From Eledone cirrhosa (lineage: Eukaryota): a stretch of DNA of 64,000 bases. The number at the start of each line of letters is the position of its first letter. The first letter of the stretch is position 1. Location of the stretch: assembly GCA_964016885.1 (NCBI GenBank), contig OZ024741.1, forward strand, positions 163,370,001 to 163,434,000, given 5' to 3'. The position numbers and the translations under genes are program-made. The notes under the pieces were generated by a model. It did not search any database. It was not told the origin of the DNA and saw nothing but the letters and a program-made list of their open reading frames with translations. Below are positions 53,713-64,000 of the stretch, piece by piece.

Positions 53713-54215
53713 TACCTCATTTTACTAGTCTCAAGAACGCGTCTACACGACGTGAGAAACAATCCCAAAAGGCGGAGGGGGAGATAGTCACGCGATATAA
53801 CGGTCGAGAAACAGAGCTAAGCTTCCTATAACCACGAAGAAAATACCACGGAGGCGGAGGGGGTATTCATATCGAGGCCGTAGAAGAGGTAGTGAAGAAG
53901 GCGAGAAGTATGAGTAATGGAAGCTTTCCAGTTGTCCCCACACCTCAAGGATTGCTCGACCAGAGGGAGTTAATAATATATTTAGAAACACACAGATACA
54001 TGCGGACGCACACATATATACATGAATGCATCCGCACCCAACTGTGAGTTAAGGGTGCCAACTTCACCGATGTTGCTCAATGAATGACCGGGACAGACCA
54101 ATTCAGTTTGAACTAGACTGAACCAGTATCAGAGTTAAAAATACATTATGAAGAGAGAAGAAACATTTAGATATAATTAGTAATAAAATGTATCATACCT
54201 AAACTGTTTCTAAAT

Positions 54216-54303
54216 TCCTCGACTACGTAGTTTCGTGGCATAAACAAAAACAATATATCAAAGATATAGAGTCCTTGCGAGGTCTGCCGACTTATCAAGA
54301 GGA
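54216..54303 (-). ncRNA. Variant hammerhead ribozyme (family D, second unit)
   Basis: Identical to 53625-53712, offset +591. Confidence 0.78.
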
Positions 54304-54775
54304 TACCTCATTTTACTAGTCTCAAGAACGCGTCTACACGACGTGAGAAACAATCCCAAAAGGCGGAGGGGGAGATAGTCACGCGATATAACGGTCGAGA
54401 AACAGAGCTAAGCCTCCTATAACCACGAAGAAAATACCACGGAGGCGGAGGGGGTATTCATATCGAGGCCGTAGAAGAGGTAGTGAAGAAGGCGAGAAGT
54501 ATGAGTAATGGAAGCTTTCCAGTTGTCCCCACACCTCAAGGATTGCTCGACCAGAGGGAGTTATTAATATATTTAGAAACATACAGATACATGCGGACGC
54601 ACACATATATACATGAATGCATCCGCACCCAACTGTGAGTTAAGGGTGCCAACTTCACCGATGTTGCTCAATGAATGACCGGGACAGACCAATTCAGTTT
54701 GAACTAGACTGAACCAGTATCAGAGTTAAAAATACATTATGAAGAGAGAAGAAACATTTAGATATAATTAGTAAT

Positions 54776-54816
<41 letters not shown>

Positions 54817-54817
54817 C

Positions 54818-54888
<71 letters not shown>

Positions 54889-54894
<6 letters not shown>

Positions 54895-55171
54895 ACGTAC
54901 AATCATATATGTGTACAGACGTACAGTAGTATGTATATATATACATATATGCACACATATATATATGTACGTATGTGTTTACCGAACATTTATTATAATG
55001 TGCGGTTTGTTTGTAAATAAACAGCCCGAATTACACCGTACAGTGCTCGGCAACCATCGTCGCCCATTTGTTCAACACTGACACAGGAACGATGTACTAG
55101 TTTCAAGCTTATTAGCTATCGTCTGCATCGTATACCTTTCTGTCATACTTTCAAACGTTCAATCATCTGAC
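54889..55171 (-). mobile_element. Diverged family B copy with mutated HHR core (55089-55131, CAGACGA) and a short inverted 5' piece
   Basis: Homologous to 13235-13490; 55145-55171 matches 13801-13827 in the opposite orientation. Confidence 0.8.
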
Positions 55172-55253
55172 CAAAAGCCTTACACAAGGTATACAAAAGC
55201 CTTACACAAGGTATACAAAAGCCTTACACAAGGTATACAAAAGCCTTACACAA
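55172..55253. repeat. 22-bp tandem repeat CAAAAGCCTTACACAAGGTATA, ~3.7 copies
   Basis: Direct reading. Confidence 0.9.
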
Positions 55254-56079
55254 GTAAAATATGGTTATTATATGGTATGGCTGGGTAAAACAAGTAAAAA
55301 GACAGTCACGGCATAAAAACAAGCTATGCACAAGCAGATATGGGTTAGTGTACAATAGAGTTGAAGCAGTCTTATTATATTAGTTGTTATAATAGTTGTT
55401 ATAAAGTAACCGGCAAAGTTATTATTCATGCATATTAGCAACACAGGCCAGACCAATTGGTTACATATTTCCCATATTTCCACGGGTTAAACAGAAGTAG
55501 TAGGATATTAAGCGTCACATTTACATCCTGACCCATGAAATTACATGCTGGATTAATACAACAAAAAACCACTATGTAAAAAATCACAGGCCGTATATTA
55601 AAAATTGTTCAAGAATCAGTTCCAACCAAGTCTACACACACCATCTGGTCATGAACATGTGAATATAATTTCTGGCTAAAGCGGCGGCGATCAGTATGGC
55701 TAACCAGTCTAAACAAAACAGAAAGGAAATAAACTCTAGTGCCCAAGTCGTTAAATCCGCCAAATACCTTAGCATGCTTGCTACATAGGGTCAAATTCAA
55801 TTATATATTCAGAGATTAAAGAGAATAAATACAAAAGTAAAAATAAAAATACAAATACAGTCTACATACAACTAAAATTAAATTAATTCTGGCACAAAAA
55901 AACATTTTACTTTATTTAGCGCCACTAAGCTCAGTGCACATCATTTGATGACGTTTTGGTTGTCAAAAAATGACGTGGCGTAATTGTGGTAAACGAAAGG
56001 GGGATAACTCTAATTAGTCATCTAATAGATTATTAATTCGGACTATGACCAAATAAAGAGAAAAAATATAAGTTCAGTT

Positions 56080-57712
56080 ACCTCACCCCATCTCACCCCT
56101 AAACCCTACTCAAACTGCACTACACTACACCCCCGCTACAGTAAACTACGGGACACCACCCCCACACCAATCAAGACCACGCAATTTCCACTACATCACA
56201 CCACACCATACTTCATTAGATAACCAAACCGCACGACACCACACCACACCACACCACGCCAAACCACTCCACCATACACCCAACCACTATATACCACGCC
56301 ACACTACCCCACACATCAACGACACCACATAACATCACACCACACCACGCTATACCCTACCACTCCTCAAAGCATCATACCACATTATACCACACCACAC
56401 TTCATTACCCCCCAAAACAGCGCGCCATACCACACACTTCTACATCAGATATCCTACACCACAGTACACCACACAACACCACACCGAATTACAGTACACC
56501 ACACTACAAAACATAAAAACACACCCCACCTCATCACCCGAAACCTCACTATATTACAAACACTACATAATACTACACCACACCACATCTCACCATACTA
56601 CACTTCATTCCCTCTCACCACCCTACACTACACACACCACATCACACTACAATACTCCACACCGCACCACGCTGCACTACATTACTACACACTAAACCAC
56701 ACCACACCACACCACGCCTCATCACCACATACCACACTACACCACAACACACCACAACCACACACATCTCACACCACTCCATACTACTCAATATCTCGCC
56801 ACGGCAGACTACACCATTCCACTCCTCAATCCAGCTGAAACTGCATAGGTGGGAACACACCTCACCAGACTACACCACACCATACCATCCTCACCACACC
56901 AGACAACACCACACCACACTGAATCCCCCCCCCCCGCCCCTCCATACCACGCTACACCAAACCACATCACAACCCACACATCACACCCCACTGTACAACA
57001 ATACCCGACACCCTACTTCAATACATCACATTATACCACATTACATCATACTACGCTACATTACAGTCCACACCACTAAACTACTGGACACCTTTCCATA
57101 CTACTCAACACCAAGCTATACTTCACTACATCACACCATACCGCACCGCATTACATTCAACCACACCACGTCCCCCCCCCCCTCCCCCCACCACCACCAC
57201 AGTATGCCTAAACACTCCACAACATACAAAACCACAGTACACCGCACTACGCCACACCACACTTTCAATTACACCTCACGATACCGCACTACACTACACT
57301 TTACCACTCTGCTATGCACCATACCACAGTGCACCAAACCACACCACACTAAACCACAGCACAGCGCACTACACCACATCACCCCTTACCACGCCCTACC
57401 ACATCAAACTATACTAGACGATAGTACACGACACCGCAGCACACCATACCATAGTACACCACACTACAACGCATTAAAACACATCACAGCTCACCACTCA
57501 ATACCTCACTACACCGCAATATACTACAATATACTACACCACACCACTGCACACCGCACCACTCCACACCATGCTGCACTACAATACTCAACACCACACC
57601 ACACTACACCACACCACATCACCTCACACCACACCACACTACACCCACACCGCATTAGACCACCCCAAACCATTCAATACCACACCACAACCGACTACAC
57701 CATTCTACACTA
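56080..57712. repeat. Degenerate pentanucleotide (CACCA/CACTA)n satellite
   Basis: Direct reading; source of the His/Thr-rich spurious ORFs. Confidence 0.9.
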
Positions 57713-57774
57713 TCAAATTCAATAGGGTCAAGCAGGGGTACTGCACAGGGAGGAGTGATTCATCAGCAGAACTA

Positions 57775-59000
57775 AGTAATAGATTTATAGTGGTAAAAGG
57801 AATTAAGTTTCATGTGAATACAAGAAGAGAAAAACTCCGATTTCCTATTTAGTAATACCTATTTAGAGTAAACTATGGCGTGAAACTCAAGCAGGCAAAG
57901 GTTACAAGTTTTGCTCGGGGGTGGGGGGGGGAGATTTAGTCACCAACCTCAAATTGAGTGTATAATCTATACCATCATATTTTAAATAATGAATAAATGA
58001 ATATATTTAGATAGGGAGGTACCATTTTTAAGCCTATTATATCTAAAAGTATAATTGTGGGAGTTGAATCTAGTTTTAAAAGCTGTAGAAGTAGAGCCCA
58101 CATATGTCTTAGTAGAGGTTGTTGTTACAACATCACACGCATAAACAATATTCTTCGTGAGGCAAATTTAAAGGGCAATTTCCACTCCTTCTACAATTAT
58201 AATTAAGGCTAGTGTCGTTATTCATACCTTGGGATGGCCTATTGTTAAAACCCACTTGACCTGGAATGTGTTCATCCGATGTGTTGTTAGTGAGCTGCGG
58301 TGCCACACTAGCCAATGTGTTAGGTTGCTGTTGGTTATTCACAGATTTAATATCTTCAAAACCTACACTAATTTTCTGATTATTAGTACGTGCCAGGTGG
58401 AAAGCTAGGTTCGGTGTAGTGGAGTACGATAATTTAATTGTGTTTTTATTGAATATACTATGGTATCTGCTGCCCGGCGGGAAGTTCTTTTCTAGGATTA
58501 AGAAGAATGGTTTGGGAATGTTAGTTAAGACCTCAGAGTTGTATGGTGGGTTAAAAAAGGTGTTCATTCTTCTATTTTTTCTATTTTTCCCCACTACAGT
58601 CCGGTTAACACCAGAACTACTACTCTCCCCTTCACCTATATACTTGCCGTGAAACTCTCACATTATATTGGTCAATACACCCACCTGATACTCTACCATG
58701 AGTATAGTTTCCAAATCTCGACACACTTCCATTAGTGTAACCAGTAGGAGTATTTGGAGGATGCATATTAGGGCCATTCAGTCTGGGCCGGCTGAACTAA
58801 TCACTATATGGGTCCTATCTAGAGTTCTATTACTGTTAACATTATAATTATAATTCAAAGACATATTGTGCGTAATAACATTATTATGCCCAGCTGTGGT
58901 GGATTGGGAGTAATATAGTTTATTCTTATAGCCAGACTTAGCTAGTGCCTCGTTATAATAATCCACATTAGAGTTGAAAATATCTTTTCCGCATGATATT
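57775..59000 (-). pseudogene. PLE RT-thumb/GIY-YIG remnant, divergent family
   Basis: YYNEALAKSGYKNKL, FFNPPYNSEVLTNIPK, IFNKNTIKLSYSTTPN, NCRRSGNCPLN, YVGSTSTAFKTRFNSH, TCNLCLLE, LLNRKSEFFSSCIH. Confidence 0.9.
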
Positions 59001-59381
59001 AATTGTTTTTAATTATTTTACTTTATTTTATTTTATTTTATTTTATTTTATCATCTTTATTATTTTTATGTTTGTTATTACTTTATTATAATTTATATTA
59101 TGTTTTAACATTTGCCTGTTTTTTTGTGTATTTTTTAATGTATTTTTAATGTATTTTTTATGTACCTTTTGATGCTTTTACACTTTTTGCTTCTACATTC
59201 TGTATTTTTAAGTGCCATCTACTGTATCTTCATCTTGTTGAATCCACTTGTGCCTTGGCATTTTGCAGTGATGCTTAGTAACCCCAGCATGCACCTCTTT
59301 GTTAGCCATCTCCAATCTCCTTATCTGTATTCTGATTGTTCGTGTGACTAAGTTTTTGTGGAGCTTATACTCAACACTGTA

Positions 59382-59436
59382 TTTATTAGGCTCTGATGAT
59401 TCCAGCCAAAAGGTGAGGACATTGTAAGTGAATAAA
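59382..59436 (+). ncRNA. Decayed hammerhead in the probable inverted pseudo-LTR of the 57775-59000 PLE
   Basis: TTTATTAGGCT-CTGATGA-TTCCAGCCAAAAGGTGAG-GACA (for GAAA)-TTG-TA-AGTGAATAAA, followed by (TA)n at 59476. Confidence 0.45.
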
Positions 59437-62173
59437 GACTGTTTGAGTATGTAAGCGTTCTTTGGTTTCTTTTGCATATATATATATGGCGTGTGGAATA
59501 TTACCAGGCACTCACTGTTTGTACTCTATCAACCAGACCACGGGGACCAGTGGGAATATAGCACTCAGTTACTATAAAGATTGTAGTTGCGGATATGAGT
59601 GATTATAACTTGGAAACTATTCTGTGCGTCATCGAGTGATTCAGATTAGTCTTTTCTGGGAAATATTCAGCACAGCTGAAATATTCATGGACACTTTTAC
59701 CAAATTTCTAGCACTTGCAGTGTTCTGACACATTAGTGAACGAAATAGCATCGCATCCTACGTCGATAGCCATAGTGTTGCTGATTTGTAGATTAATATC
59801 GAATAGCTGTTGTCACACACTGGCTGGATTCAGCAATGAGCTGAGTCTACCATGATACACACACGTTACCTTCTTTTTTACATAGTTATGATAAAGGAAT
59901 TTTGTGATGGATGTGGTTGTAAGCTTTCAGTAGGGAGTGTTTCGTCTTAAGCCGAGCGCTTTTCAACTAGTTTCAGTGGGGGAAGAAAGTGAATGCTGTC
60001 TACAGTAAATAGTATGAACGTAGGGTGAGAGTGTAAAAATTGAGGTCTCCAAATGTGCCAATACTGCCTATGCGGCTGTAGTATTGTGGCAAACTATGAA
60101 AAGGCACTTGCTTTGGTGCGTCAGAGTAATCCAAGAATTTGTTTGTAGTGTCCTGATCCATCTTATACGCTTGCCTTCCTATTTATTGCAATGATTCTAT
60201 TCTTTTAAGGATTCCATCATTTTATATGTTGATCATTTCCAATTTTTGTTTGTTTCTATTTTTCCTATGAATTTCAGCCCTGTACTGATGCCGGAATCGT
60301 GGATCCTTCTATTCAATAAAATAAGATCGTGGTGTTGTTAATACAATCGTTACTATTATCATTCTAATTGCATTTATCATCAACGTCATCCTCATCATCA
60401 ACATCATCATCATCAACACCACTCCTTCCTGCACCACCACCAACACAACCTCACCAACAACACCGCCTCCAACACCATCACCCCCACGAACCCACCCCCA
60501 CCGCTACCGCCACCATAACTTTCTCGGTATTATAAATTCAAATAATCGGATTATGAATACATTTCATACTTGATTAAATTATGTATATCTTATAGCTCTG
60601 GGATTTTTCTGCAAACAAACTATGATGAAAGGTAAGTTCTGTATAGATGCCATTGAAAATAGTTTAGTATCACGAAAGAATTATAAAGATATAGTTTTCC
60701 CTTTTATTATTGATATCAGACATTAATAACATTTTGATTTTCATAGGAGACAACTCACACATTTTATATATTGTCATTAGATTAATAATTGAATTCATGA
60801 TAGTTGATAGCATAAATAATACATTCGTTGTCAAAAGTCACATCATTGTATCGCAACACAGTTACAGTTACATATTTAGTTTTCCGTTTATATACAATAT
60901 ATTATACAAACTTCTGTAAGGTTACTTTGTGATAAGATTCACCTCAGAAGACGAAGAATTCATATAAAATCCTGTCGTAATTTATTATTCGTAAGAGAAC
61001 TAACAAAATACTTAAATATGCTCCAAATAGTACTGGAGTTCACGCAGACTACATAGTTCCTGACTAAATGCTGTATAGTATTCGATTCAGTTCTTCATGA
61101 CCCGAGACTTAAACGATTATCCATTTTAAAACCTCATCGAGTCATTCGGTTGTAATTTAGGGGAGACCATTCAGGGCACCTCACTCTTCAAATATATTTC
61201 CTCCTTTCTTTCATGAGCCTTTGAGAAATCTGAAAAGGATTATGGTCACTAGCTTTCCTCCTACTTATGCTATAAAAATGTTGCTTAAAACAACTCTAAT
61301 TCTTGAATTTCCCTGCAATATCCTTAAGTGCAAACTGTTTTCAATGGACACTTGGGCTTTTTTTATTTGTTATATCCAGAGTACATCGTTCGAATTTAGG
61401 CAGTGAATTGGCACAGTCCTTAAAACATCAGATATAAAGCATTGTGGTATTCGTACCGTCTCTCTGCGCTCTGTGTTCCACTGCCACCGGTGTTAATTTT
61501 GCCTTTCATCTTTAGAGGGTCGATAAAATGTACCATTCCACTTCTGAGATCAATTGTTCCTCTATATTTGCTCTCACCTCTCTTTTCTTTCACACACTCT
61601 TTCCTTCTTAGGAAGAAATGGGCTGTGTTCAGACCTGGAGAGAAATGAGTTACGCCAGGCTTAAAGAAAAAAGCGTCGTATGTCTCTACAGCCCCGTACG
61701 ACTCCGTCAAGTGTTAGAAGTTCATACATACATTGAGTTATATAAAATAAGCCTTGAACATAAAAATAATCGTTACTAGACCAACGAACCTTCGCACGAC
61801 AGTCCACACTTAGAACGACTAAGTTAGCTGTACCCATCAGATTGGTACTGATTCATACTGTAACCAGTGCATACAATATTGTTGGTACGTAAATAATTTA
61901 AGCTAACGTCGCTAGATGAATTAAAAACAACAATAAGTATCAAACAACTTCAGTCTATTTAACACCTAGCATGGTTATAGTGACGATGACGTAATCAAAA
62001 TAGAGGGGAAAAATTTCATGATAATTAAAGGTATTTAGTTAAATATAGCTTCGACAAAATAGATATTTATGGTAAAATATCCGAAATAAATTGCTGAATT
62101 TTGAGGGTGAGAAAAAAAGGAGAAGAATAATTTATAGTGTCTGTAAATAATGCATAAATATCCTCCAACTACC

Positions 62174-62319
<146 letters not shown>

Positions 62320-62512
62320 CATCTGTGTGTGTGTGTGTACCTTTATATGTATATTAATGTATTCGTATTAAGAAATATATATAAATATCATATTGTCTTA
62401 GGAATATATATATATATATATATATATGCGTGTTGTCTGTGTGTATGTAAATCCATATAGATATACACACGCACATATATAAATGCATATCCAAATATAC
62501 TTATATACATAT

Positions 62513-62549
<37 letters not shown>

Positions 62550-62563
62550 CATATATATATATA

Positions 62564-62609
<46 letters not shown>

Positions 62610-63414
62610 TACAACACATTGTTTTATCTCATTGAATCTTTTGTGTGTGATTAAAATTTATTTCAAAGGTTTGGTAGAAAAATAGAAGAAAGCATAATTT
62701 TTATTAAATCCACAGCTGTTTGATTATGCAGAAATCACTTTAAATTATTTTTGCTTATTATTAATGCGTTTTTTTTTCACATAGTTTTTCATTTGTTAAA
62801 CTCTAGCTTATGGAATAATTTCAGCTGTTGATAGGAGTTGAAAACAACACTAAAAAATAACTTATAACACGAAAACAAATTCTCAAAAGTCTTTATAAAC
62901 AATGTTTTCAAAAATATTATTATCATTTTACATTTTTTTTTTTTTTGATAGCAAAACAATTAATATATTCCTCAACGAAAACTTGAAAACAAAGAATTTT
63001 TGAAAGAATAGCCCTAAGTATACTGTCAAATATTAGATAAGAAAATCGATTAAAGATGTTTATCATCTTTTCGATTTCCAGGGAAATGTGTATTTCCTGG
63101 TATATTACATACCTTCTTATTAGATATGAGTATATAGAGATTTTAACTTGGGAACTACATATTAAATGTTATATGAACAGAAGTAATGTAAATTGGCTAA
63201 TGTGAAACCGTGTCAAAGTCTCGGCTAATCAGACACTCACACCACTCATCGTAATTTAAATTACGTAGTTGTTCGTGATTGACTTGAATAACAAAATATT
63301 ATGCTATATATTTGCAGTAATCATACACATTTTCAATCATATCCCACCTCGACTAACATACGATACATGTGGTCTGCACATTCATCAATGAGTGTATGCG
63401 TTTGCGTATCAAAA

Positions 63415-63532
63415 TAATTGTTTCTACTTTTGGCACAAGGCCGGCAATTACCCCAGTGTATTACTGGTACTTTATTTTAGCGACCCCGTAAGGATGAAAG
63501 GCAAAGTTAACCTCGGCGGGAATTGAACTCAA
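63415..63532 (-). mobile_element. SINE copy
   Basis: Matches 928-1062. Confidence 0.8.
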
Positions 63533-64000
63533 AATAATATTTCTTAGACAGACAACAAGCTCTCGCAGGTGGAAAAATTATGAACATGAAAGGATCTAGT
63601 TAAGAAAAGAAACTGTGCATAATTAAGTTGGGAGCTTTTTTATTATGGTGTTAAATCCGCAAGATCAAATGTTCATTTCATTTCTTTGAGGATGGTAGAA
63701 AATGTAATGAATTTACATTAACTTCAGTTTGTATATATATATGTGTGAACCAATAGCGTCCGAGGAAGTGGAAGGACGCTTTAGTCACATAGACGCACGC
63801 TTCTTAGAAATTTGAAACCTAGCGAAGCGCATCCTGAACACAGCCGATCTCTCTGAGAAGGATAGAGGGCAATAAAGAAATACAGAAAAAATATAACTTT
63901 TTATCGATGTCAAGAGGATATAAGGCAGGATATCAACTCAGGGTGAAGATAACCGAAACGAATACCACAAATCATTCTATCTGGCGGTCTAACAACTCTT

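Larger units (their letters stand above)
53551..54780 (-). mobile_element. Family D non-coding HHR element: ~2.1 tandem 591-bp units in (TA)n
   Basis: TACATTATGAAGAG at 53551, 54142 and 54733; only a few differences between units; (TA)n both sides. Confidence 0.93.

Noticed and set aside
55268-55800. Two short minus-strand ORFs as possible exons
   Set aside because: No recognisable domain or consistent splice structure
56849-57852. His/Thr-rich ORFs
   Set aside because: Products of the degenerate CACCA satellite
59540-60350. Higher-complexity stretch, possibly an old transposase remnant
   Set aside because: No motif could be read in any frame

Overview
Gene-poor, AT-rich eukaryotic DNA packed with (TA)n, (CA)n and (TAA)n microsatellites. 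The SINE and repeat content resembles a cephalopod (Octopus-like) genome; this is inference only. No host protein-coding gene could be supported. Two retroelement systems dominate. (1) Penelope-like elements (PLEs) with YRDDG reverse transcriptase, a CxC linker and a C-terminal GIY-YIG nuclease (Hydra-clade-like), almost all sitting in (TA)n tracts. They include a 6.4 kb near-perfect palindromic insertion (47111-53471) and at least four older remnants, most with an inverted 5' pseudo-LTR. Alongside them are four non-coding repeat families: A (469 bp monomer), B (~425 bp), D (591 bp) and the short family C. These form tandem and/or inverted arrays in (TA)n and carry minimal type I hammerhead ribozymes (HHRs) readable directly in the sequence, about 13 apparently intact cores plus several decayed ones. 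They look like retrozyme-type, possibly circular-RNA, passengers of the PLE machinery. (2) A ~15 kb nested cluster (16.3-31.3 kb) of (TAA)n-associated non-LTR elements: two R4/Dong-like families (RT + REL endonuclease) and a Tx1/L1-like element. Also present are a decayed mariner, an RTE 3' fragment, many SINEs, fold-back elements and satellites. All ribozyme folds were assigned by eye and need computational and experimental checks.
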